Source: Eledone cirrhosa (taxonomy: Eukaryota). Taken from it: a DNA stretch of 64,000 nucleotides. Below the pieces are notes generated by a model. That model was not told where the DNA came from. It did no database searches and was given only the letters and a program-made list of their open reading frames with translations. Below are positions 40,924 through 53,572 of this stretch, in pieces (position 1 is the first letter of the stretch; each line of letters begins with the position of its first letter). The position numbers were made by a program, and so were the translations under genes. Location of the stretch: the NCBI GenBank assembly GCA_964016885.1, contig OZ024743.1, positions 180,048,001 to 180,112,000 on the forward strand. The letters run 5' to 3'.

Positions 40924-43900
40924 GCATTTATCTTGCTTTATGTTCATACGAGTTATCACCAAGTCACAACCAGTGACCTCAAGAGACAACAAGGTCCGCC
41001 ATGTTCAAGAAAGAACATACATACTCACACATGCATCTTTAGTGTTTAGACTTGTGATGTACTTATATTGACAGAATCTTCCTTAGTATATGGCAGTTCC
41101 CATTAGTACTATCTTTTGTATTTCTCCTATACGCGGGTTTCCTGGGATTTGCGATAAGTAATCATTAGACCCCTTAGGTATCATTCCTCGAGCGCCTACA
41201 ACCACTGATATTGTTTTATTTCTCAATTTCCACAGTTTTCCAATTTCTATCTCCAGGTCCTTATACTTGTCAATTTTTCAAATGTTTTTATAGATACATT
41301 CTTGTCTATTGGAACGGAAATATCAATTAGCAGGCATACCCTCTTTTTAAAGTCCTTCAATATTACATCAGGTCTATTTGCATCTATTTTTCGGTCTGTT
41401 TGGATGCTAAAGTTCCACAAGATTGAGATGTGATCTTTTTCAAGTATGGGAGGTGGCTGATGCTCCCACCAATTCTTTTGATGGGGCAGGTCAAAATGCT
41501 TACACATTATCCAATGTATGTATTGTGCAGCTCTGTCATGCCTGTTTAGGTATTCGGTTGGAGCTATAGGACTGCACATTGAAATTATATGGTCAATGAT
41601 CTCTGGTTGTTTTTTACATACACGGCATAATGGGCTGCATCCATTTTTTATTACGTTGGCTTGGTAATTTTTTGTTGGCAGACACTGATCTTGTGCTGAT
41701 ATAATCAGTCCTTCAGTCTCCGATTTCAGTCCAGAGGATGCCAACCACTGATGGGTTAAAGTTTTGTCAACATCAGGATTGTTAGCTCGTTCTGGGTATT
41801 TTCCATACAGAGGCTTTTCTTGCCATTTCTAAGCCAGTTTCTGTAGCAGTTCTTTCTTTGCAGTTACTTTTACCTGCTTTGCTTTTTCTGTGTTTTCCAT
41901 TTCAGCAGTAAATGGGACTTCTGAAATCTGTAGTCCATTACTGTATCTTTGTGCATCTTTTGTAATGGAGTATGATCTTTTGATGCTTTCGTGTTTCAAA
42001 CGAGTTTGATCATCCAATCATGTGATTCCCTTAGATATGTAGATAATCCAATTGTTGCAGCTTTCAACGCAATGTCTAACTGGATTAACCCACGTCCTCC
42101 TTCTTTCCTAGGGAGATATATTCTATCTGTATCTGCCTTAGGGTGATGCATTCTGTGCATGGTTAAGAATGTTCGAATTTTTGTATCGAGCCTACGGATC
42201 TCTATGCTTGACCAGTTGATGACATTGTAACTGTAGGTTACAACTGGTATGGCAAGCGTGTTTATGGCATCGATCCTATTCCTTGCATTCAATTCCGTTC
42301 TTAAGATTGCTCTTACTCTGCGGTAACATTCCTTCCTTATCCTTTCCCTCATTGTCGAGTGCTTGATTCCGTCTCCTTCACAAACACCTAGATATTTGTA
42401 AGTTTCCTCTTGATCAAGTTCTCTTATCACATTCCCTAGATAAAGATTAATGTCTGAACTTTTCAGCAGCTTTCCTCTGGTGAACGCTGCTTTGGCGCAT
42501 TTATCCAGTCCAAACTCCATTTTAATGTTATCACTGAACTGCTCCACAGTGGATAATAGCCCTTGCAATTGTTCATCATTTTTTGCAAATAGTTTCAGGT
42601 CATCCATGTAGAACAAGTGATTAATGGTTTTGTCATAGACTTTATATCCATGTTTTGTTTCATTGAGCATTTTACTTAATGGTATAAGTGCGATGCAGAA
42701 TAAAAGCGGTGATAAAGAGTCACCCTGAAAAATTCCATAATTAATATTAACTTCTCCAGCTTCCAGTGATTTTTTTTCACTATTCAAAAGGAGTGTCGTT
42801 TTCCATGTCTTCATACTGAATGACAAAAACCTCCTGACAACGGGGGATATTTTGAAAATCTCTAAACATTTTTCAATCCAACTGTGTGGCAAACCATCGA
42901 ATGCTTTTTTATAATCTATCCAAGTAATTGATAGATATTTGTGTCTATTATGACAATCTTCCAGTATCATTTTGTTAACCAAAAGCTGATCCTTACAGCC
43001 ATATGAGCCTCGTTTACACCCTTTCTGCTCAATGGGAAATAGGTCATTTGTTATCAGGTGGTCATATGTATACTCAGTTAGGACTGATGTTAAAATGTTA
43101 TACATTGTGGTCAAGCAAGTTATCGGTCTGTAATTTTTGGGATTGTTTGTCTCATCATTCTTCGGAAGCAGGAATGTAATGCCGTTAATTAGCCATGATG
43201 GTATCTTTTCTGGCTCCTTAACTATTTCATTGTAAAGTTGGGCTAACAGCTCATGAGACTCTGTGAAGGCATTTATCCAAAAACTTTGTATTTTGTCTTT
43301 TCCTGGGGATTTCCATTTGCTGGTTCTTCTTAGAGCCAAACGCAACTGTTCAACTGTTATATTTTCCCATATTTGTTCCTCAAGGTGAGGTGTATCTTTC
43401 ATTTGTCTGTCTATCCATGGGGCATGTATATTATGAACTTTTTCTTCGGCCCACATGTTTCATTTTCCCTTCGCTGACTTTGTGCCAATAGCTTGATCTG
43501 ATCAAATTCTATATCAGTTAGTAACTTTTTTCTTACAATATTTCTTCGAATATTGGCTAGTGTGTTACTGTCAATATAGCCTCTGTTTTCGGGATGTTTC
43601 TTTTTCCAGTTGATATATGTCTGTTCTGTATTCGATGTATTTGATGGGTAGTACATGGCAGTGTAGAAAGCCTCAAGGACTTCTTTATTATCTTCCCTTG
43701 ACCATTTTTCTCTCTTTTTCTTTGGATTTCTTGGTGGTGAGCATGGAGGGCCAATAGTAGGGGTATTCCGGTTATGGGAGGTCTCCAGTACCGAAGTGAT
43801 GGGAAGGTTTGAACCATTAGCTGATTTTTCGAGCCCAGTCTGGTTCGTCTCTGAGGGACGCGGCCCTTTTTTACCCGGGTGACGGCCGATCCGGTGTGAG

Positions 43901-44158
43901 ATTTTATCATTAGACATTTACTTTATTTTGTCGCGTTTTATCCTTATCCGCCAAGGGTTAATCATTTCGCGTTACCACTTCTAGAACGAGTGTCAACCAA
44001 GACTAGAGGGGTCGTTCTCCCCTAGAGACACGGCTATTCCCCGTCGGCCGCCATCCCGGTATTTGTTGGTCACGGGGTTTTCTTTTTTGTTGTTTTGTTA
44101 AATTGTTATTATCATGAGTGGTTCCTTAATGTGAGCATTGCGTGATTTAAGAATGAAA
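40924..44158 (-). mobile_element. R4/Dong-type RLE LINE family C, copy 1, (TAA)n-flanked, ~750-bp deletion at ~43455
   Basis: ATG 43917 (KKREKWSRED..FY), KSPGKD, DYKKAFD, FQGDSLSP, FYMDDLKL, CRVC..HIISMC, RHD, ANRPDVIL..IDISVP. Confidence 0.92.
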
Positions 44159-44167
44159 TTATTAATA

Positions 44168-44215
44168 ATTGTCTCCACTCCAGGCACAAGGCCAGGAATT
44201 ACCCAGTGCATTACA
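44168..44215 (-). mobile_element. SINE 3' fragment
   Basis: 'gcacaaggccaggaattacccagtgcattac'. Absent at the paralogous site (~56605). Confidence 0.65.
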
Positions 44216-44630
44216 ATAATATAATATACTTTTTGCTGAAGTTGCCTGTTATTGTTGTTGGCTATGTCGGTGGTGGTGCTGGGGCTTTTTATATTGTTGG
44301 TGGGGAAGGGGGGAGCCAGCAGTGCCATAGTTGTTTACTTTTGGCCGGTGGCCGGGTCACTAAGTCAATCTATTTATATCTTTTGCTAACCTCTCCCTTG
44401 TCTAGTGATACCGCCACCTTCCCCTTTCTTAAGTTAACAGAAGGTAATGGAATAGTGGTGGTAGCAATGAAGGATTGGTGGCGGCGGTGATGAGATAGTG
44501 GTAGCAATGATGGATGGAGTGGTGGCGGCGGTGGTGTTGTCGTTACTGAGTTTTGTAGTTTTGTTTGATCTGTAGTATCTATGCGTTTGTGTCGCGTATG
44601 TTTAATATATTTGTTGACATATTCTCTTAA
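44216..44630. repeat. Duplicated spacer; paralog at ~56607-57240
   Basis: Colinear sequence 'atatactttttgctgaagttgcctg...gttgacatatt'. Confidence 0.88.
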
Positions 44631-44631
44631 A

Positions 44632-44681
<50 letters not shown>

Positions 44682-44685
44682 TATT

Positions 44686-47603
44686 GGCGACCTACGTAGT
44701 AAATCGTATCATCGTGAGCTCCGCAAAGGTTTGTTATTTACGTTTGTTAAAAATTGCCATTTATGGAAAATTTTTATTGTTAACTATATATAAGCGCACA
44801 TACATTGTTTTCCGAAAAGGACACCCAAAAAGATTGGGGCCTTGTGCCCAAAATTTAAACTTTTATGATTATCAAAAAATTTCTTTGTAAAAAAATCGCT
44901 AATTCACCTCTACACCAAGCAGCTGAGAGCCTTCCTCACAAATTAACACCTCACACCGACACCACCATTGTAAATGATACTACGTTTGCCAACACAAACA
45001 ATTTAAGCACTAGCAATATTTTTAATTTGTCTCAGGCAGACGTTCATTTCCGGCCATTACCAATGACTGCAGGTGTTAAAGCCGCCACCACCACCACCGC
45101 GCCAATCCCCACCACCACCACCACCGCGACAACAGAAACAAAAGGAAAAATAAATCAACTCGTGATGTCGAAACATTTTCAACCAAAATGAACTCTTCCA
45201 AACCGAACTCCACTGACGTCACCACCACCACAACTGAAACTAAAATTAATAATAACAAAAATAACGATAGCAACAACAACAACAATGACATTAAAAAAAC
45301 CACCCTGAGTTTTGCCAGAGTAGCATTTACGGTAACTCAGGAGGAATTAGAAAATGCCCCCAAAATGGTAAAGAAAGATGGGTACAGGATCAGCCCCCCC
45401 CCCACCTCCACACACACACCTAATAAAATGGAGCATCGGCGCCTATGCACCGTGTTGTATCGAACAATAAATGTAAAATCGCGCCGAGTGGAACGGGCAT
45501 CGGAGTCCCAAATCCAAAAAGCTTTGGGACATGTGTGGGCAAGAAAAACCCACATCAGACGTGGGCAGAAGTATGGAACCGTGGACGTGTTCTTTGAAAC
45601 ACCAGAGGAGGCTAGAGAACACTCCATGGCCCCATTAAGATGTGACGACTTAACACTCGTCCCAAGCTATTGTGGCCAGAGACTCGTAAAGATCAGGGTG
45701 ACCCACGTTCCACCGGCCATCGAAATTCCCTGGCTAATAGCGGCCGTCCTCGCCGGCATCGAAGCCAACGCAAAGATAATAGCAATAGCAAAAGAAAAGC
45801 AGGAGAACTGGTCCGATTCTGGGATGGAGCTCCTGATCCAAGCGGACCAAAAAAGCACTGAGGAGATCCCAGAGGTAATAGACCTCACTGACGCAGCTAC
45901 CTCACCGTAATTGTCGAGGGAAGAAGGCCCAGGTGTGTCGTTTGTGGTGAAGGAACCGACCTAAGGGCTTTCTGCCCTCAGGCTAAAAGGTCGAGGCCAC
46001 CTCTCCTACCCACCCCAGTGACTCAACCATCAGCACCACCAGTAGCAGAGATGGCAGCAACAACTGTAGCAGCAACAACAGAAGCAACTATAACAGCAAC
46101 AACCCCAGCAACAGTAGTAAAACCAACACCGCCACCACCAGCAAAACCAACACCATCACCACCCAACGCTTCAGAACTATCACCAGCGCCTACACCATCC
46201 ACCATGCCACAACCAAAACTAACGGCTGTGGAGGATTTTCCACTCCCCGGCCTATAACAAGTGGAGACAGATTGTGACGACAAGGAGTGGGAAACGGTAT
46301 CAGGAAAAAAAAGAAACCAACAAAGAAACAAATTCTCTTCCTTCCCCCTCCAAAAACAAAATACAGAGGGAAACAAATAAATTAACAAACAAAAAAATTA
46401 GGACAGATATGCCACCATCCACACCAGCATCACCAACCCCATCACCCCAAACACCAACACCATCACCATCATTAACCCCAACACCACCATCACCTACACC
46501 ACAAAAGTCACCAAAATGCGAAACAGAAACAAACCCACAACAAACGCAAACAAAACAAAACAACCAAAACGATACACACTACACAGCATTAAATTTGAAC
46601 AACAACCAATTATTACGCTACATCCAACACAACACCAGCATCACAGAAAAAGACTACACAACAACCCCAAAATTCACACCACCTCCGCACATACAAATCA
46701 ATCGCATCACACAGAAAACGTACATGACACGAAAACAAAAATTACCCAAAGACATCGGAGACTTCCGACAAGCACTCTCCAGGAGGATTTATAAGGACAT
46801 CCTTCCTGAGGAGGCTACAAGCAGTGAAAAGGATGGAAAAACCGTCCTTCCTCTACGAGAAGTAAGGTAAGTGGTCTTTCCCATCGTTTCCACTCCTTTT
46901 CAACATGACCTCACTCAGAAGAGGCAGCATAAATGCGCGTGGCTTGGGGTCGTCATGGAAGCAGGGCCACCTGCTCAACGACCTCAGGTCACTAAACATA
47001 GATGTAGTGGCCATCAGCCTGACCAGAATCTCCGAAGCATGGCCTTCGCACCGATCTACGGCGGCTACGATGTGTACGCATCTCCCAGCCGTCCGGGATC
47101 GGGGGGAGGAGTTGCTGTGCTTTTTCGGAGAGGTTTGGATCTTGCCATACAGGCCATCTTCCTGGACCCAGAAGGTAAGTTGGTGGTGCTGGACGTAACC
47201 AGCGGAGACGGGCAAGCTTTCAGGTTAGTGGCCGTCTATGCCCCGACAGGAGCAGGGCGGCCTGATTTCTTCCGGCGTCTGGAGACCTTTCTTGGAACGT
47301 CCCGCTCTTTAGTGTTAGTGGGCGACTAGAACGAGATCTTAGATGCACGCTGGGATTGCGTGGGATTAGTGGATAGGGGAGGAGGGTGCAAGAGTCTCAC
47401 CAACCTGCTCAGGCGTTTTGAATGGGCTTTCTCCACAAATGTCCCTCGGAAGTCTCCTCCCTATTGGGGAATTTTTCTTTGTTATTTTATTACATCCTCT
47501 GTTTATTTTTACACGCAGAAATGCCTATTTGTACCGTCCTGTATTGTCCTGTACTGTCCTTAATGTCTACTTTATGTAAACCCTTGTGGTTAATGAAGAA
47601 AAC
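44686..47603 (+). mobile_element. Tx1-like family A, RT-less internal-deletion derivative
   Basis: Intact 5' end, ORF1 to 46870, partial APE from 46905, then a jump at ~47421 to the 3' UTR. (ATT)n on both sides. Confidence 0.92.
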
Positions 47604-47621
47604 ATTATTATTATTATTATT

Positions 47622-50600
47622 GAATGCCATGTTTGACGGAGACTCGGCTCTGTAAGGTATAGTAATTTTTAACCGCTATAACAATTGTAAATTGTTTAAA
47701 ACTTTAACCAAATTGTAGATAAAATCACCCTCCTCCTGGTGAGAGGGGTCTTTCTGCTCGTTATTTGGCCGTTCGGGGTTAAATAACCACTTATTGGGGT
47801 TTTGTGCCCAATATTCATTTTAAACCCAAAATAAACATGGCTACAAAAAAAAATTTTAACAAGTCACTCCCACTCATTCCGTCCTCTTCTCCCTCAATCG
47901 TCACTACATCAGAGAGAAAATTGTCTCTCTCTCCCTCCCTTCTCTAAATGTGGTGTCGCCTCTTTCGCAAGCGACGCCATTAAAGAAAAAGTAAAATATA
48001 GTTTCTGATAGCTTTCACCAAGAGCACGTGCATACCGTGGAACATTTCTCCACGACGACGACAACGACGAAAAATGTGTGCGGTAAATATGGAAAGTCAT
48101 TTCATTCGTCTGACGTCATGAAGAATAGCAGTAACAGCCGTAATAACAGCAACAGCAGCAACAATGACAAGGAAAACACTAGTAGCAGCCGCTACAACAT
48201 CAGCAGCAGCATAAACAACAACAGCAGCAGCAGCAACAGCAAACGCAGCAGCAGCAGCAGCAACAGCAACAACATCATCAGCAGCAGCAACAACAACAAC
48301 CACAGCAACAGCGTGGGCGGCGGTCGTAGTACTAGCAGCAACAACAAAATTAACAACAGCTCTGACGACAACAACAACAAGAAAGAAAAACCAATCTGGT
48401 TTGCAGGTATCGCAAAGAACCTGGAAACCATCCTCATAACAAATGAGGAATTACAGTAAGCGAAGAAGATGGTGACGAAAACCGGACACCGAGCAATCTG
48501 CAAGGCAGCTGAAAACATTTTTGAAACCCAACAGCACTGTACGGTCACGGACCGTACAGTAAACACAAAATCACGTAGGGTTGAAAGAGCCACAGAGGCT
48601 CAAATACGATAAGCCTTAGGGTCTGTGTGGCAGCGGAAAACGCATATCACCCGAGGCAAGAAATATGCCACTGTGGACTTGCTTTTTGCCACACCCCAGG
48701 AGGCAAAGGCTCAAGGTTTAGTGACCCTAAGGAGCGAGGAAATGGTGTTGGTGCCCTCCTACTGCGGGCAAAAAATTGTGAGGGTCAAACTGAACCACGT
48801 CCCGGGATGGCCTCTTCTTGCCTGGCCGCGTCTGTCCTCGTCGGAATCGAGGACAAAACAACGGTACTGCAAGTACAGAAAAAAGTACGAGAAGATTGGG
48901 TCGGCACCTCCATTGAGATGTTAATCCAAACCAACCAGGAGTGCATAGAAGCTATCCAGGATGTGATAGACTTCGATAACGGCACTCAACTACCCATAAG
49001 TGCTGAGGGCAAACGCCCGAAATACTTTCGCTGTGGATCGAAGACTCACCTCGGGGCCTTCTGCAATGAGAAGACCATGAGAAAGGAGAAAATCCCCTCC
49101 TTCCGAAACCGGCTCCACTGCTACCAGCAACAGGACAGGCGGCAAGCAGGAAGGATAGGTCCATGGCACCCATACCCAGGCCACGGAAATCAAGAACAGC
49201 AGCAGCAGTGGAAGTAATAACAACAACAACAGTAATAAAAACTGCAGCTGCAACAAAGACTACACTGCAAACATCACCAACAACAACAAGTGAAAGAGTG
49301 GAGCTGGTAACCATCCCAACTCCTGACCTCACAGAATCGGACATGGAGTGTGAGGTGGGAGAGGGATGGCAAAAGGTCGCAAGAAGCACAAACGCAGAAG
49401 CAGCGCATCGTCGCCTTCGAAAAGGGAGGAAAGAAATGAAAAAAGGGTAACGGCTACTACAAAGAGACTTACAGCAGCAACACCACCAACACCATCACCA
49501 CCCACATTAGCACCACCATCACCACCGGCGGCAACCCCACCGCAAACAACAACAACACCTTCAACACCACCACCACAGCACCAACATCGCAAACACAACA
49601 ACAAAACACACACACCCAGCATCAACGACAATAAAATACCAGAACCACACCCCACCCCCAGAAAAACAAATGCACAGCAATAAATACACACAACAAGAAA
49701 CTAATGACTTACATAATTGAACACACAGACATTTCACAGCACGACTACATAATATCAGCACCAATCAAAACACCAACGAACATAAGACTGGTAAGAATAG
49801 CACAGAAACAATACACAAACATTAAAATGAAATTCCCCAACGCAGTTGGTGATTTCAGAGACCTAGGAAGGACACTCGACCGGAGAGTATATTCGGATAT
49901 ACTCACAGAAGAGCCGACGACCAGCTGAAAGGGACGATCCGTTGAAAAGGGATGGAGAAACCATCCTTCCTCTACGAGAAGTAAGGTAAGTGGTCTTTCC
50001 TGTCTTTTCCACTCCATTTCAACATGACCTCACTCAGAATAGGCAGCATAAATGCGCGTGGCTTGGGGTCGTCACGGAAGCAGGGCCTCCAGCTCATCGA
50101 CCTCAGGTCACTAAACATAGATCTAGTGGCTATCAGCCTGACCAGAATCTCCGAAGCACGGGCATTCGCACCGATCTTCGGCGGCTACGATCTGTACGCA
50201 TCTCCCAGCCGTCCTGGATCGGGAGGTGGAGTTGCTGTGCTTTTTCGAAGAGGTTTGAATCTCGCCATACAGGCAATCTTCCTGGACCCAGAAGGTAAGT
50301 TGGTGGTGCTGGACGTGACCAGCGGAGAAGGGCAAGCTTTCAGGTTAGTGGCCGTCTATGCCCCGACAGGAGCTGGGCGGCCTGATTTCTACCGGCGTCT
50401 GGAGAACTTTCTTGGAACGTCCCGCTCTTTAGTGTTAGTGGGCGACTGGAACGGGATCTTAGATGCAAGCTGGGACTGTGTGGGATCAGCGGATAGGGGA
50501 GGAGGGTGCAAGAGCCTCACCAACCTGCTCAGGCGTTTTGAACTGTCTGACAGATACCGATTGGATTTCCCGAATGTGCCAATGTGGACTTGGACAATTC

Positions 50601-53457
50601 GCATAGGGTCATCCAGATCATATCTAGATAGAGTAATTTGTAGGGAAATAGATAGGTCTAGCATAGGCTGTCCACAATTCAAGATAGTCAGCTACACGGA
50701 CCACAAATTCCTGATCTGTGTGCTTGACTTAGATAGGCTTCATAGACGAGGACCCGGCTACTGGAAGCTAAACGCGTCCTTACCAGCGCGCAAGGCCTAC
50801 AGAGACCGGATTAGCGAACTAGTTAAGCGGGCGTTGACGGGGGCCATCGTCAACAACAATTGGTGGTTTGCTCTGAAAAGAGCGATTAGAATAGAGTCTA
50901 TTAGGTTTAGTAAGGCTTTAGCTATAGAGAAAAATAGAGCAGAGGGAAAACTAGTTAGAAAATTAGACGAGGCGCTTAGCAAAGGCATCGCGACCGAAGT
51001 ACTTGCGGCGAAATTGGCCCTTGACCAATTCTTCAATGCAAAGAACGAAGGCTGCGTTGTCAGAGCTAGGGTGCGTGCTCTCAGACACGAGGGTGGAGGC
51101 GCATCGTGGCAACAAAGCCACAATCCGGTCTTTGGTGGACCATGACGGGCGCATGCTACTCGATCCCGGGAAAATGTGTGAAGCTTTTCAGCGACACTTC
51201 GCACAGCTGTTCGGAGGCAGCGGCGGGCCGGATCGAGGGATGGAATTTAGTGTCTACCTCGACGGACTGCCGCGGCTCTCGGCCACTGAGGCGGAGTGTT
51301 GTGAAAATCCGGTAACAGCTGCTGAGGTACGGGAGGCAATGACTGGCCGCACTAGGGGTAAATCGCCTGGTTTGGATGGTCTGCCCTATGAATTTTACGT
51401 ACAAATGTCAGACTTGTTCGGAGGCCTCTTGGCGGACATCTACTGCAACTGGCAACAGAATTCCCAGCTCTGTGAGACGCGGAGTGGAGACCCTGCTGAG
51501 AAAGGAACCGAACAAGGGGGATAACATAGATAATTTAAGTGCTAAACACAGAGTTCAAGATTTTGGCCAAGGTGCTAGCAAAGAGGTTGGCGCGTGTCGT
51601 TGGTAGTCTGGTGGGAAAGGCGCAAACATGCGCTATTCCCGACAGATCCATCCACGAAAACCTCCACCTCATGCGATACATCGTAGAGAGGGTAGCTAGG
51701 GAACCTGGCACGGGTGGGTCTTTGATCAATTTAGATCAGTCGAAAGCTTTCGATAGGGTCGACCATCGTTACCTAGCGGCAGTCCTGAAGACGGCTGGCT
51801 TTGGGCCCGTCTTCAGAGGCTGGATCGCTGCCATGCACAGCGACATCTGCTCTGTGGTGAGAGTGAACGGTCACCTTTCGGAACCGTCCAACATCATGCG
51901 CCTGTTCCACCAAGGATGTCCCCACCAAGTCCCTCTTGTACGTATTGACTCTCGAGCCATTACTGGACAAACTGGAGACGTTGAGGGGGGTCCCGCGCGA
52001 ACTAGGATGCGAAAGAGCCGTGTCAGCATATGCGGACGATGTCACCGTAGTGGTGTCGAACGCCAAACACATCGAGGCGATCGGCACTACACTAAGAGAA
52101 TACGAAGCGGTGACAGGAGCAATGATCAACCAGAAAAAGTCAGTGGGCCTGCAACTCGGCACCTGGAGAGGCAGGTCCATGCCGTCCAACTGCGTCGTCG
52201 GGCGCTGGACGGACGGACCGGTTAAATTGCTAGGGGTCTGGTTCGGTCCGGACCTGCAGACGGACAAAAACTGGAACGAGGTGACGAGCAGGGTGGCTTC
52301 TCTCATCCAGAATTGGGCCGAGAGGAAGCTATCCCTGAAAGGTCAAGCGGAGGTGGCCAACGCGTACATCGCGTCCGTCAACTACTACCGCCTGACCGTC
52401 GTACCTTGTCCTAAGCCCCGCCTGACTGCGCTGGAGCGTTTGCTCTTTCGCTTTTTGTGGAAGAGACGCGCTCCGATGTCAGGCGGTCCATCTGCTGTCA
52501 ACACCCGGTACGTGGAGGGCTGGGCATGCGTGGCTGATGACGCGCAGACACGCGCTCAAGCTACATCTCCACCTCTTCCTCGACGGTGACAGGTGTGGTC
52601 GCCGTTTTCTAGACGCGTCTTTCCCCAGCTCGTCTCCTTGACGGAGCTGCAGTCCTGGATCAAGCGAAGACCGAGAGGGAGCGCTTGGAGACTGGAATGT
52701 CTGCAGGCGCTCACAGCCCTCGACCAATCGGGCAATGTGATCGGTGGAAACTCAACCTCGGCGTTCTATAGTGGATTAGTGGAGGGGAAGAGCGACGACG
52801 TACTTGGGGAAACTCTAGGCGTCGACGAACATCAACTAACCAATCTCTTCATAAGAACTTTCGGGCCGGGGCCTATGGACAACTTCCAGAAATCCCTGGC
52901 CTGGCAGTGCTACCGACCGAGGAGCTTTGCCAGTTCGGGATAAACTCTACAGGCACGGAGGTGCCGTCAGCCGGGAGTGTCCGAGATGCGCGCAGGGCGA
53001 CGAAACCTCCCTACACGCACTCGTCCAATGTCCGAGCATTGCAGACTTGTGGGTTTATGTCGAACACCTGTGTCGCGTATCGGACGGATCCGGCAATCAG
53101 CTGAGTCCATCGTGAGGATTGCTCTCTTCCCAGCATTTTGTTGAAAGATGGGTGAGAGAAGCAAGAATGGCCCGTGTGAATGGGCCTACTCTAAGTATGT
53201 GTCTGTAAATTAAAGGTGGAAAACTGGGAGAAGGCACTTGCCTGGTGGTCAGGGTCACTGTGGCCTTTTAATGGGCTTTCTCCACAAATGTCCCTCGGAA
53301 GTCTCCACTGTATTGGGGAATTTTTCATCGTTATTTTTTTGTTACATCCTCTGTTATTGTTTTTCACACGCAGAAATGCCCATTTGTACCGTCCTATATT
53401 GACCTGTACTGTCCTTAATGTCTACTTTATGTAAACTCTTGTGGTTAATAAAGAAAG
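47622..53457 (+). mobile_element. Tx1-like chimera: divergent 5' UTR/ORF1 joined to family-A ORF2 and 3' UTR
   Basis: ATG at 47837, with an ORF1 only distantly similar to A and B. From ~49944 the sequence follows family A. ORF2 50024-53208 is frameshifted. Confidence 0.88.
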
Positions 53458-53467
53458 TATTATTATC

Positions 53468-53553
53468 CTTTGCCTTTCATCCTTACGGGGTCGATAAAAT
53501 AAAGTACCAGTAATGCACTGGGTAATTGCTGGCCTTGTGCCAAAAGTAGAAAC
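53468..53553 (+). mobile_element. 5'-truncated Deu/Nin-type SINE
   Basis: 'tttgcctttcatccttacggggtcgataaaataaagtaccag..tagaaac' followed by (ATT)n. Confidence 0.85.
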
Positions 53554-53572
53554 AATTATTATTATTATAATT

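Noticed and set aside
48120-48385. (CAG/CAA)n polyQ-like host exon
   Set aside because: It lies in the low-complexity N-terminus of a Tx1 ORF1, as in the other copies.
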